Source: Chiloscyllium plagiosum
Lineage: Eukaryota
Assembly (NCBI RefSeq): GCF_004010195.1
Contig: NC_057718.1
Coordinates: 56,410,009 to 56,444,694, forward strand
Length of the DNA: 34,686 nucleotides
Reading direction: 5' to 3'
The stretch's first letter is position 1. Each line of letters begins with the position of its first letter. The notes below the pieces were generated by a model that had not been told where the DNA came from, did not search any database, and worked only from the letters and a program-made list of their open reading frames with translations. The position numbers and the translations under genes were made by a program. Positions 11,965 to 24,223 of this stretch are shown in pieces.

Positions 11965-11965
<1 letters not shown>
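11932..11965 (-). ncRNA. Hammerhead-like motif, sense to the MTIF2 pre-mRNA
   Basis: Minus strand CTGATGA-A-GGGC-TTAT-GCCC-GAAA-T-GTT; core intact but stem III palindrome altered (ACGT->ATGT). Confidence 0.6.
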
Positions 11966-11966
<1 letters not shown>

Positions 11967-12006
<40 letters not shown>

Positions 12007-12024
12007 GTGCGTGCGTGCGTGTGT
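11967..12024. repeat. (GT)n/(GTGC)n microsatellite inside the Penelope 3' region
   Basis: Directly visible. Confidence 0.95.
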
Positions 12025-14784
12025 ATGGCGGAGGTTGAGAGATAAATAGGAGGATAGGAGGGTGAGGGCAAGCTAGCTGGGAAGGTGATAGGTCAGTGCA
12101 GGTGGGGGTTGATTGTGATAGGTCAGTGGGGAGGGTGGAGCATATAGGTGGGAAAGGAAGATGGACAGGTAGGACAGGTCAAGAGGTAGTGCTGAGTTGG
12201 AGAGTTGGATGTGGGATGAGGTGGGGGAGGGGAGAGAAGATTTGGAAACTAGTGAAGTTGAGGTCGACGACGTGTGGTTAAAGGGTCCCAAGGCGAAAAA
12301 TGAGGCATTGTTCCACCAGTCATCGGGTGGCTTGGATTTGGTGGTGGAGGCAACCCAGGACTTGCACGTGCTTGGCGGAGTTGTAGTGGTCGGCCACAGA
12401 GCAGTGGGGTTGTTTGGTGCATGTGTCCAAGAGATGTTCCCTGAAACATTCCATGAGTTAGTGACCTGTCTCCCCAATGTGTAGACGATCACATCGAGAG
12501 CAATGGACACAGTAGATGAGATGTTTGGACGTACAGAAAATCTCTGCCAGATGTGAAAAGATTCTTTGAGACCTTGGATGGAGGTGAAGGGGGAGGTGTG
12601 GGCACAGGTTTTACATCTCTTGCTGGGGCAAGAGAAGGTGTCGGATGTGTAGGGTGGGTTCATGAGCGGGGTGTGGACCTAACAAGGGAGTCAAGGAGGG
12701 AATGGTTCTTGTGGAATGCAGATAAGGGTGGGGTCTAATTGTAAGTGGCGGAAATAGCAGAGGATAATGCGCTGTATCCATTACTGAGGGGGGTGAGGAA
12801 GTGTAATCCAGATAGCTGTGGGAGCCAGTGGGTTTTAAATAGATGTCCATGTTGAGTCAGTTGCCAGAGACAGAGAGGTCCAGCAAAGGGAGGGAGGTGT
12901 CCATAATGGTTGAGGTGAAATTAAGGTCAGGGTGGAAGGTGTTAGTGAAGTTGATGAACTGTTCAACCACCGCTTGGAAACGAGGTGGGGCTGATAGTTG
13001 AGGATAATGCACTGCGTATGGAAATTGGTGAGGTGGAAGGTGAGGACAGGGAGTTCTATCCTTGTTGTGGTTGGAGGGGGTACTGTTCAAGGGCGGAGGT
13101 GCAGCAAGTGGAGGAGATGTGTTGCAGGGCATTGTTGATCATCTGGGAGGGGAAATTGCGGTCCTTGAAATAACAGACCATCTGGGATTTCTTCAAGTGG
13201 AATTGCTCCTGGTGGGAGCAGATACAGTGAAGGCAGAGGAATTCGGAGTAAGGGATAACATTTTTATTGGTGGGGGTGTAGTCCAGGTAGCTGTGGGAGT
13301 CGATGGGTTTTAAATAGATGTCAGTGTTGAGTCGGTCGCCAGAGACAGAGAGGTCCAGGAAAGGGATGGCGTTGTCTGTAATGGTCCAGGTGAAATTAAG
13401 GTCAGGGTGGAATGTGTTAGTGAAGTTCATGAACTGTTCAACCACGAGGTGGAGCCGATACAATCATCAATGTAGTGGAGGAAAAGGCAGGGGATGGTGC
13501 CAGTGTAACTGTGGAACATCGACTGTTTCACATATTCTATGAAAAGGCAGGCATAGCTGGGGCCTATGTGGGTGCCATTACCCCTTTGGTCTGAAGGAAG
13601 TGGGAGGATTTGAAGGAGAAGTTGTTGAGGATGAAGACAAGTTCCGCCAATCGAATGAGTGCATTAGTGGAGGAGTACTGGTTGGGTCAGAGGGAAAGGA
13701 AGAAACGGATGCCTTCCCCATGGCGGATGGACATGTATAGGGACTGGATGTCCATGATGAAGATGAGGCATTGGAGGCTGGGGAAACAAAATCAGGGAGA
13801 AGGTGAAGGACGTGGGTGGTGTCTTGAATGCACCTGGGGAGTTCCTGGACCAAGGGGGACAGGGCAGTGTCGCGATATGAGGATATATGTTTGGTGGGAC
13901 AGGAGCAGGCAGAAATGATAGGTCGACCAGGGCAGTCAGGTTTGTGGATTTTGGGTAAGAGGTCGGACCGAGTGGTGTGGGGTTGCAGAACTATGAGGAT
14001 CGAGGCTGTAGATGGGAGCTCCCCTGAGGCGATGAGGATGTGGATGGTCTAGAAGATGATGGTTTGGTGATGGGACATAAGGTCGTGATCAAGGAGGCGG
14101 TAGGAGGAGGTCTATTCACATGATGGTTCCTGGCTTCAGTGGTGTAGAGGTCGGTGTGCCGAACTACCAGTATGCTCCGCCTTATCCGCTGATTTAATAG
14201 TGATGTTGAGTGGAGGGAAGGGAGGGCTGTACTTTGTGAGGAGGAGTGGTTAGAGTGGATGAGAGGGGTGGACAGGTTGAGGTGGTCAGTATCACAGTAG
14301 GAGCCAGGGGTAAAGAGGTTGAGGGCAGGTAAGTGTCTCTAGTACTAAATAGAACATCAACCCTAATATCATGCAGCTTTGTTGATTTTCCAACCATTAA
14401 TTTTCATCTGCACCTTTCATATATTTGATTCTAATTTTGTGTTCATCCTTACACTCTTCAATCTCCCTTTCTTTGCAAGAAGTATATATATTGGTTATTA
14501 TTTCTGAAGCCTGTACTCTGCATACAAGAGCCTTTTTTAAACTGCAAAGTTAAATAGGGAAGATGTCAGCTTTTAATATCCCAACATCCCTGAATATTAC
14601 AAAAGGGGAAACATACAAGGCAGATAAGAAATAAATATACAAAATGTCAACTGAGACGATTCATTTGAATAAGAGCATTAAAAAGTAAAGAGAATTAGTA
14701 GGCAATTTGGCCCTTCAAATCTCTTCTCCCTACAATCTTTGTCTTTTGTTCCCTGTATGTAAAGGTGCGGGATCTGCAAGAAAA

Positions 14785-15172
14785 GGAGGCTGAGGAGTGA
14801 CCTTATAGAGGTTTATAAAATCATGAGGGGCATAGGTATGGTAAATAGACAAGGTCTTTTCCTTGGGGTCGGGGGAGTCTGGAACTAGAGGGCATAGGTT
14901 TAAGGTGAGAGGAGAAAGAGTTAAAAGGGGCCTAAGGGGCAACTTTTTCACATAGAGGGTGGTGTGTGTATGGAATGCGCTGCCAGAGGAAATGGTGGAG
15001 GCTGGTATAATTACAACATTTAAAAGGCATCTGGATAGGTATATGAATAAGAGGTGTTTAGAGGGATATGTGCCATGTGCTGTCAAATGGGATTAGGGTA
15101 ATTTAGGATGTCCGGTTGGCATGGACGAGTTGGATGGATGGGTCTGTTTCCATGCTGTTCATCTCTATGACT
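14785..15172 (+). mobile_element. CR1 LINE 3' end, 5'-truncated
   Basis: RLRSDLIEVYKIMRGI...TRGHRFKVRGE; tail ...gggtctgtttccatgctgttcatctctatgact. Confidence 0.85.
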
Positions 15173-15404
15173 TCACTAAGATCATGTTTTTTCTTATTCT
15201 GTAATATTTTGGATATTGTTCAAATAGTCACTACTGACAATTTAAAGTATTCTCCGCTTATATCTTTATTTCCAAAGTGGATAACTTTACACTTACCCAT
15301 ATTTTATTCCATTTACCTTGTTCTAGTCTGATCACTTACCCTTTGAAGCAAACCCAACTTCTTTGCTTCTCTAACCAACATTACATTGTCAGCAAACTTG
15401 GATT

Positions 15405-16496
15405 CATTCCCTCCCCACTCCTATCTGCACTCCGCAGAGACCATTCCCAGTGACTCCCTTGTTAGGTCCACATCCTCTACGAACCCACTCTCCTCCTTCC
15501 CTTGCCCCTGCAAGAGGTGTAAAACCTGCATCCAAGGCCTCACGGATCTTTTCACATCCAGCAGAGATTTCCTGCACATTCACCCACCTCATCTACTGTG
15601 TCCATTGACTCGATACAGCCTCCTCTTCCTCGGGGAGACAGGACACCAACTCGTGGAGAGTTTCAGGGAACATCTCTGGGACACGCACCAAACAACTCCA
15701 CTGCACTATGGTCGATCACTTCAATTCTCCCACCCACTCCCCCAAGGACACATAAGTCTTAGGCCTCCTCCACTGCCAAATCCAAACCACCCAATAACTG
15801 CAGGAAGAACGCCTCTTCTGCCTCAGAACCCTTCAACCACACAGCATTAATGTCAAATTCACTAGTTTCCAAATCTCCCCTCATCCCAGATCCAACCCTC
15901 CAACTCGGCACTGCCCTCTTGACCTGTCCATCTTCCTCCCCACGGCACGGTGGCTCAGTGGTTAGCACTGTAGCCTCACAGCACCAGGGACCCGGGTTCA
16001 ATTCCAGCCTTGGGTGACTGCCTGTGTGGAGATTGCACATTCTCCCCGTGTCTGCGTGGGTTTCCTCCGGGTGCTCCGGTTTCCTCCCACAGTCCACAGA
16101 TGTGCAGGTTAGATGAATTAGCCATGCTAAGTTGCCCGTAGTGTTAGGTGCATTAGCCAGAGGGAAATGGGTCCGGGTGGATTACTCTTTGGAGGGTCGG
16201 TGTGGCCTTGTTGGGCCAAAGGGCCTGTTTCCACACTGTAGGGAATCTAATCTAAACCTGTCACAATTACCAGCCACCTACATCTACATTTCACCTTCCC
16301 ACCTAACTTCCCCCAGCCCCAAACCCACCCCCAGATTTATCTCTTACCCCCCTTCCCCCTCCACATTGCTGATGAAGGGCTTATGTCCAAAACATTGACT
16401 CTCCTGCTCCTCGGATGTTGCCTATCCTGTTGTGCTTTTCCAGTGCCACCCCTTTCAACTCTGACTCTCCAGCATGTGCAGTCCTCACTTTCTCCT
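15405..16496 (+). mobile_element. Penelope-like element (family A) 3' part: GIY-YIG region plus pLTR with decayed hammerhead (16369-16396); interrupted by a SINE
   Basis: CPCKRCKTC, LGETGHQLVESFREHLWDT; homologous to 11841-12730 in the opposite orientation. Confidence 0.85.
15942..16255 (+). mobile_element. tRNA-derived V-SINE (HE1-like), full length
   Basis: A box TGGCTCAGTGG, B box GGTTCAATTCC, V-domain, (aatct)n tail; highly similar to 1914-2246. Confidence 0.9.
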
Positions 16497-16499
16497 TGG

Positions 16500-17600
16500 A
16501 ATCACTGCACTCAGCTTCTTCATCTAAACACTTCTAAAGATTTCAAACTGACAAATCCAATCATTTATCTTTGTTGTAATCCTGCCAATTGAATTCTCAC
16601 TCTTTTTTTTGTCCTTTTATCTATCTTTAAACTATGGTATTATGTAATCTCAATCTCATGAGGTTTAATGTTTCGTAAAATCCTTACGAAGTACTGTATT
16701 AAATATTTGCTCAAAATGCCAATGCACTATTTCCTTCCTATTTACTTGACAGCCTCAAAAGGTTGAAATTTGTAAAATATAATTTCCTTTAAAAAATGTG
16801 CCATGAGTTTGTCTGATCTTATTCTGATAATTCTAAATGTCATTTCCTTATTCACCATTATAATTTATCTAGTTTCTGTTTCTAACGAACCCACGTACCT
16901 TCCACTTCTTAAAACTTTTACAAACCTCCTCGTTTACTATCAATTTCGAAACCCTTACTGGATTTTAAAATCCTCCAAATCTTTGACTTACTTCTCTTAT
17001 CAGTAATCAGCCTATTTTCTCAATTTATACCCTGACTTGTTCAGACACAAGACCCTAGTGTCACACTCAAACAACTCTCAAAATCAACAATACAGCTGTG
17101 CATGACTATTCTTCCCTAAAGGTCCCTTTACTGAACAGTTATTAATGAAACCTTTTTCATCACACAATTCAAGATCTGAAATTTCCTGTTGTTTGGTTCC
17201 TCCCAATATTAAAAAAAGAACAATTTGTATGCTATGACTTCATCTCCTAAATTATTAGTGCCAATTTGTTTTGCAGAGTCCATATGAAAATTAAATTTCT
17301 GTGAATACTGTTTTACCCTTGCTATACACATTTTTAATGTTCTGAAATTTACTCTGCCCAACATTACAGCCACTTTTAGAAGACTTTTAAACTATGCCTA
17401 CCAGTGTTTTCTGCCAATTGGTGTTTCTTAGCTCCACCCAAGCTGATTTTACATCTTGATGTTCCAAGATAAAATCTTTTCTCTGCACTGCCGTTATTCC
17501 ATTTTTCTTACTTGGGGCCTCCTTTTCCATTTTGCTTATCAAGTTTCACACTACTTACTTATCAACTTTGGTCATTCTGCAATCATTTCTCTGTAATGAA
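16500..17600 (-). mobile_element. Very degenerate CR1-like LINE ORF2 remnants
   Basis: Scattered antisense CR1-like phrases (e.g. cttagctccacccaagctgattttacatc); no ORF. Confidence 0.4.
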
Positions 17601-18601
17601 TAGCAATCTGTGGTTGATTTAAGCAAAATAGGATTTCTGATTAATTTGTTAAGCACTGTAGCTCTCACTAGTGTAGCTCCGACAGTTCCAAGATATAATC
17701 ACTCTGATTTTCTCTGACATGCATGTAGTACCAAACCTTTCAGCCTAGTGGTTGCTCACCTTCCTAATATAACAATAATGAGTTCTAGATTGTTTCATGC
17801 CAACTTGGTAAACTTCATGTTATTGTGTGCTTCATCTGTGTTCTTTGCACAGATAGAAGAGATCAACTATATATGAGTTATCTACAGAGATAGTTGAATT
17901 AGTACGGAAATACAATTAATTTGCAATGCTACCACTTGCATAGTTATATGGATGTTCTCCCACTGCAATGTAATTTAGTCATAACTGAAGTATAACTTAC
18001 AATTCCTAACTCCTCACTACGTAACTAACTGGAAAATGGAATTTTGATCAAATTAATTGGATCAACTGCAAAATGAATTAGATTTTTTGCACTTGAGTGG
18101 GAAGCAGAAAATATTTATTATTTCATTGATTTCAGAAAATGTAAATTAGCATAGATGCCTACAACTACCACTCAATCTCCTAACAAAAAAAAATCACCAA
18201 TATTTCATGTGTTTCTACACATATGTATATTTGCACACCACACAATACTACATACTTCGACCTCGCCCTGCTGCAGCAATCCTGCTATTGAAACACTCAA
18301 CTCTAGCTTTGTCTCCTCTAGACTTGACTATTGCAATCTTCACTAGATTGATTGGAGACTAAATAGAATGGACCAATATTCTCTGGCATTTATAAAAGAG
18401 TAAAATGTAATCATAATTGTATAGAGTGAATATATGGTTGGAAATTAAATTTAATATAGTCCAGATCCCACAATTTAAAAAATAAAACTTAACAGCATCT
18501 GAAAACAAAGCTAGAATTAACCAGTTCAATCATCTTATTTTCATGGTAGTAAGTCAGAGTCAAACTATCACTTGACCAAAAACTATAATAAACCACCTTA
18601 C

Positions 18602-18799
18602 CCTTTTAGTTGCTAAAAGCCTATTAAGTGGCAGGTTGAATTTGTTGATGCTCCCAGGTAACCAGCTTTGCCCCCAGGTAACCAGACTTGAGCGTAGCTG
18701 CAGATCATGAGTATCTCTCCATCTCAGAGTATGAATCTCATGGAGACACTGCTTCCACGTTGCAGGCTTCAGTCTGAACAACAAACGTCTTATCATCAT
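18602..18799 (-). CDS. MTIF2: MTIF2 first coding exon (66 codons, MMIRRLLFRLKPATW...NRLLATKR); probable mitochondrial presequence. Exon starts at 18805 with 6 nt of 5'UTR
   Basis: Acceptor tttgcag|TTGGTG ATG at 18806/18805; donor AGG|gtaagg at 18602/18601 (phase 0). The N-terminus is Arg/Leu-rich and acid-poor. RLLATKR resembles RLLVTKK in mammalian MTIF2 as I recall it. Phase matches the next exon. Confidence 0.85.
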
Positions 18800-19949
18800 C
18801 ACCAACTGCAAATAATTTTTTTTTATTAAAAATCATTAAGACTGTCGATATTGACAATGTTTTAAAAGGATATTCATAAAATGTTTATGTCATTTGTTTT
18901 AAAGTACTTTGGGGGTACACTGAAGAAATCAAAGGTACATCAAAGCAAGCATTCTTGTTCAATAACGCTACATTTTACATTAAACAACGTACCAGAACTG
19001 TTACTATCATATTTTTAAAATATGTGCATTCAAATTGTTAATTTAATAGATAAACGTAATGGTTAAGGCACAAAACCTTCACCTCTAAACACCACAATAA
19101 TCCCAGGATTGATATCTGGTCTGGACAGATCTACCAAATCTCTGCTTGTTCACTTCAAGATGAAATTCAGCTAACAAGTGTGCAAGGAAAGAGGAATGAA
19201 AGCATATAGGAACTAAGTCGTGGAATTAAGATGACTTCTAATGTGAAACAGGAGTGTGTTCTGGTTTCTCCTGCCAGGATCTGCCACCCTGCTTACATTG
19301 CACTCTCAGTTGTGACCCAGAAAATAGATCAACTTAAATGTTAACGTTTCAACGATTAACTCTTATTACATTTCAAAGCACCACAACCCTTTGTGAAAAG
19401 AGTTTCTTCTATTTTCTATTTTAAATATCTTGCATTTAAGTGTATTTTCCCCAATATTTGAAAATCCTCAATTACTGAAATATTCTATTTCAATCTTTTC
19501 TGTCCCATATTATATTTTAAAGACCTTCAAGTCTTTTCAATCCCCCAACAAAGACAGCTTCAACATTTCAAGTGTTTCTACATATGTGTACCATTGGATA
19601 CCATAATACCATTTGGCTTCATAACATCAACAGACCTTGCCCTGCTGCAGCAATTCTACTGCCAAAACACTCAATTCTCTATGTTAATTTCCACTAGACT
19701 TGATTATTGCAATCTTTATCCAATTGACTTGAGAAAAGAAGGCTATCAATGAGAGCAGATGAATAGAATGGGACAATATTCTCTGGCATTTATAAGTGTG
19801 AGACATAATCATGGTAGCATAGAGTGGATCGGTCATTGGAAGTTAACCTCAGGGTCAAAAACATTACAAAGGTTGCAAACATACTGGTTCAGCTACAGTC
19901 AGGAAGAAAGATCAGTGGCTAGGGAGCAAACTTCATGGTGCAAATTATG

Positions 19950-20380
19950 GTTTTCACTTTCACAACATTTGACAGGGAGAAATGTTTTCTGCACCCAGCA
20001 CTGCACGTCGGTCAGCTGAGTGGCAAATCAGAAACCATAAAGTGTTTGGGAGTGGTGGTGGAGAGATAGAGCTGCTGATCATCAGTGTCATGTGGAACCT
20101 GACATGATGTTTTTCAGTGATGATGACAAGTAGATGAGAGAAAGAGGAAAAACATTGGTCTTTGGGAATCCAGAGATTAAGGTATGGGTGCATCTCATGA
20201 CAGGTAATTCTCTGGCTACGAATATAGTGAAGAATTGCATCAGTATGATGCAGGAGAATGAATAGCATCCGGATGATGAAGGAGAGATTTTGGAGAAGAA
20301 TACTGTTATAAATCAGACTGAAGGCTGCAGAGAAGTTGAGATCAATCAGCAAGCACCATTTCACCATTTAATATGTTAAT
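19950..20380 (-). mobile_element. Degenerate L2-type LINE RT fragment
   Basis: LLIDLNFSAAF resembles LLDLSAAFD; downstream HHVRFH...D and SISPP resemble L2 RT. Confidence 0.5.
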
Positions 20381-20984
20381 TGGCTTTTCTTTAGGGCAGT
20401 TACACTTTTGAAACCGAGTGACAACCTGATTACAGTGAATCAAACATGAAGTTGCAGACAAGATAACTAATGAGAGGAAGGGTGAGTAGGAGATGGGGTA
20501 TCAATTCAAGGACAAATATTATATTGAAGATAATATTTCCCTGAAAGACACAGATACTGCACAGTAATGCTGGTAGCAGCATGTATGCTATTCCTAAATA
20601 TTATCTTTAAATCATCACACATAAAAAGCTGAGAAAAAAAATTGTATTTAAATGGCCAAGCCTTGCACACCAAAAAACAATCAAAGAGTCCATCAGTCAA
20701 GGTGGACATTTACAAGGGGAGAGTGTTAATCACAGAATTTTATTGGGGTGGGTCAATATCTGTGGACAGTGAATTTCTAACAATATCAAAGTAGTCAGAT
20801 GCCTGAGGGTTTGGTGGAAATTAAGTAAAGGGAGTAACAGATAGGTCTCATGAATAAGATCAACTCAGAGAACAAAGTCAGAGAGGAAGTAGAGAAATAG
20901 GCTGGTTCAGGAAAATGGTTGAAATTGAGGCACCTTGGGGAAGTTAAGCTTGTTGGACTAGATATTTTACTGTTTACAGGCCAT

Positions 20985-23220
20985 GATTCAGTAGATACCA
21001 GCATGCATCACCCAACTCGAATTGCCCTGAAGCAACTGGCAGTGAGGTGCTTTCTTGAGCCACTACAGTCCATGGGGGTAAATATGCCCACAGTGCTGCT
21101 TGGAAAAGAATTCCAAGATTGGTCCCCAGAGACCATGAAGGAGTGGCAATATAGTTTCGACTGAGGATGATGTGTGGCTTGAAGGGAAATGCAAGTGGCA
21201 GTATTCTCTTGTATTTGCCTTGTCCTTCCAGATTGTAGGTTTGGGTTTGGAAAGTGTTATCAAAGGAGCCTTGGTGAATTTCTGCAATGCATCGTGTGAT
21301 TGGTACACACTTCTGTCAACGTGCATTGATGGTGGAAACAGTGAATGCTGAAGGTGATGGATGGGAGGCCAATAAAGTGATTTGTTTTATCCTGTATGGC
21401 ATTGAGCTTCTCAAGTGTTGTTGGTGCTGCACTTATCCAGCCAATTGAAGAATATTCCATCTCAGTTTGATTTGTACCTTGTAGATGGTGGACAGATTTT
21501 GGGGAGTTAGGAGGCAGGTTACTCACCTCAGAATTCCTACCCACAGCTGAGGTCCTTTTCCTAGGGTGGTAGAGTCCAAAACTAGACAGCATAGGTTTAA
21601 GGTGAGAGGGGAAAGATTTAAAAAGGTCCTGAGGTGTAATTCTTTCTCGCAGAGGATGGTGTTTGTATGGAACGAGCTGCCAGAGGAAATGGTGGAGTTG
21701 TGTACAATTATGTATATGAATAGAAAGGGTTTGGAGGGATAGGGGCAAAATGTTGGCAAATAGGGCAGATTGGGATATCTGGTTCGTGTAGATGAATTGG
21801 ACTGAATGGTCTGTTTCCATACTATATAACTCTATGACTCTAAGTGCCTGATAGCACTGTCAATTACTCCCTCTATAACTTTGGTGATTATTGAATGTGG
21901 ACTGATAGGGCAGTGATTGGCAAGGTTAGATTTGTCTTGATTTTTGACATTGTTGGCTAGATGTCATGCTGTAGCTGTACTGGAGGAGCATGTAAGTTCT
22001 GAGCTCAACTCTTCAAAGCTGTTACTGGAATGTTGTCAGGTTTCATAACCTTTGAAATATCTAGCGTTTTCACATGTCTCTTGATATTAAACAGAATATA
22101 TAAACTTGGCTAAAGATTGGCATCTGTGATACTAAGTACTAAAGGAGTAAATCCACTTAGCAACTCTCTGAAGTTGATTGGAAATGCTTCAGATTTATAC
22201 TTTACACTGGCGTGCTGGGCTCTCCCATCATGGAGAGTAAAGATTTTTGTGTATTTTCCACAATTATCGACAATTGTGTAATTGTCTGCAGCACTGCACA
22301 GCTTAGATCTGATTCTTTGGGTGGAGGATAGTTTAGCTCTGTCTATCATATGTTGTAACATGAGATGATTTGCATGCTGAATCTTGGAACAACATCACCA
22401 GACTGACACCTGAGTGTTAAATGTGGCTGGTTCTGCTCCTGATATGCCTTCCTGCACTCTTCCTTTAACCAGGGGCATCCACCTGCTGGAGGATAAAATG
22501 TGGAGGGGGACATGTTGGGTTATCATTTTATATGATATTGATTTAAAATAGAGATATTAGGTTGAATACAATTCTGCTGCTGATATCCTAAAGCACCTCA
22601 TGGATGCAGTTTTGAAATGCTAGGTCTATTTGAATCTATCCATTATTAGCACTGTGTAATGACAATAAACATGGGGGAGGATGTCCTCAATTTGAAGATG
22701 ACACTCACATCATCAAAAGGACTGTGCGGGTGGTCGTTCCTACTGTCATGGTCAGATGCAGTTACAACATTGGTCAGGAAGTCAAGTTGGCTTTCCCTTG
22801 TGTTGGTTCCCTCACCACCTGCCACGATCCAGTGTAGCAGCTATGTCCTTTAGGACTCAGCCAGCTCTACAGACCCACACTTGGTGATGGATGTTGACAT
22901 TTTCCAGAGTGCATTCTGTGCCCTTACAAGTGTCAATACTTCTTCCAAGAGGTTTGACCAAATACCATTGGAGTCTTCATTGGTCTGTTCGGACTCCAAG
23001 GGCAACTCTTTTCTGACTGCACAATACTGTATCATCACTGGTTGTTATTTCCTGCCAGTCAGACAGCACATACCAAAATATAATGATGGTGGTGTAAGAA
23101 TGACTTGCTTGATTAGTTTGTGGGACAGCTCTCCCGATTATGACACATTTAGCAATTTGTTAGTAAAGAGGATTTCAAGGAGTCAACACTTCTGCAGCTT
23201 ACAGCAATGCTTTGGATCAT
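20985..23220 (-). mobile_element. Degenerate CR1/L2-group LINE (endonuclease to 3' tail), interrupted by a younger CR1
   Basis: MEYSSIGWISAAPTTLEKLNAIQDK (RT C-terminus); LEEVLTLVRAQNALW (APE region). Confidence 0.7.
21550..21842 (+). mobile_element. CR1 LINE 3' end nested in the older LINE
   Basis: Similar to 14850-15172; (ctctatga)n-type tail. Confidence 0.8.
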
Positions 23221-23439
23221 CAGTGAGATTCATAACCACCATTAAACTAGTTTTTCATTATAGTTGACATGGCAGAACCCATGTCCCCAGAACTTCAGCT
23301 TAAATTTCTGGGTGACATCACTAGAATTATCACTATACGAGTAGAAGACAGAAAATTCATTTTAAAAAACCGATGGGATAACCTTTACTTAAAGTGAGTA
23401 CACACAACTCACAAAAAAAAACACATATCCTTACAGTCC

Positions 23440-23760
23440 CAAACCGGTATGAACAATCTCCACCGCTAACCAAAGTTCGGCTGATAATCGACCATTCAGG
23501 GCACATTAATTAAGAATTTATTTGCTGTCGTACCTGACAGTCTTCAAACTGTGGAAGCCACCATTATAGTTCCCACAATGCCAAGCGACAGGAAACCGCC
23601 GATGCCGCATGTGCAGCCATCTTACTAAAGGAGCCCGTAGCCCACAACCGATTTGAATGGCCATCTTAGTAAAGTAGTCCGTAGCCGAGGCGAACATAGT
23701 CGATAGCTGTGACTGATCACTATTTTAGTAACGGAGAGTAACCCGCGCATTATAATTAGC
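23440..23760 (-). promoter_or_regulatory. MTIF2: Probable MTIF2 promoter and non-coding first exon (donor at 23534/23533)
   Basis: The only CpG-rich non-repeat segment I found. Minus-strand donor CAG|gtacga; ZNF143/SBS-like ATTATAGTTCCCACAATGCC (23563-23582); two YY1-like GCCATCTT sites (23616, 23660). The TSS cannot be determined. Confidence 0.7.
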
Positions 23761-23859
23761 CCTTAGGTCAATCATGTGTAATCCTCGTCCCTAGAGAACT
23801 AATGTTACAAGTGCATGTTAGCTGGAACAAGCATTTATAAAAAAAATAAATTCTTAAAT

Positions 23860-24115
23860 TACAAACAGTTCCGATTACACGAAGGCCAGGTGGTAAGAGG
23901 TAATATTTTCACGTATAAATTGTTTAGGATGTGGACTGCATTGCCCAAAGGTGTCGTGGAGATAGGCGAGCCTTTCGAAAGGAAATTGCACTGAAGAGGA
24001 GACAAAATGTAAAGCAACCTGGAAAAGGCAAAGAGTAACACTGCGTTACTTGCTTCTTCATAGGGTCAGAACAGGTGTTAGGTCAAATGGCCTTCCTAAC
24101 TGTTCTGTGATTCTA
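23860..24115 (+). mobile_element. Old CR1 3' fragment immediately upstream of the MTIF2 promoter
   Basis: gtttaggatgtggactgcattgccc...ggtcaaatggccttcct...ttctgtgattcta; CR1 tail pattern. Confidence 0.55.
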
Positions 24116-24223
24116 TTTGCATTTAAACAAATCGGAAAAATATAATTTAAAAATTAATTTTGTTGAGCTTCTCAGTTGAAAACTATTCTAATTTTATTTC
24201 AAACTGGATACGAATTTAATCAG

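Larger units (their letters stand above)
11841..14330 (-). mobile_element. Penelope-like retroelement (family A), near-complete but pseudogenised RT plus GIY-YIG endonuclease, with 3' pLTR
   Basis: RT pieces IQDTTHVL, LAELVFILNNFSF, FMNFTNTFHPDLNFT, PFLDLSV, DIYLKPIDSHSYLDYT; Cys linker CPSKRCKTCAHT; GIY-YIG IYCVHCSRC..HIGETG...FREH; pLTR with hammerhead at 11935-11962. Confidence 0.9.
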
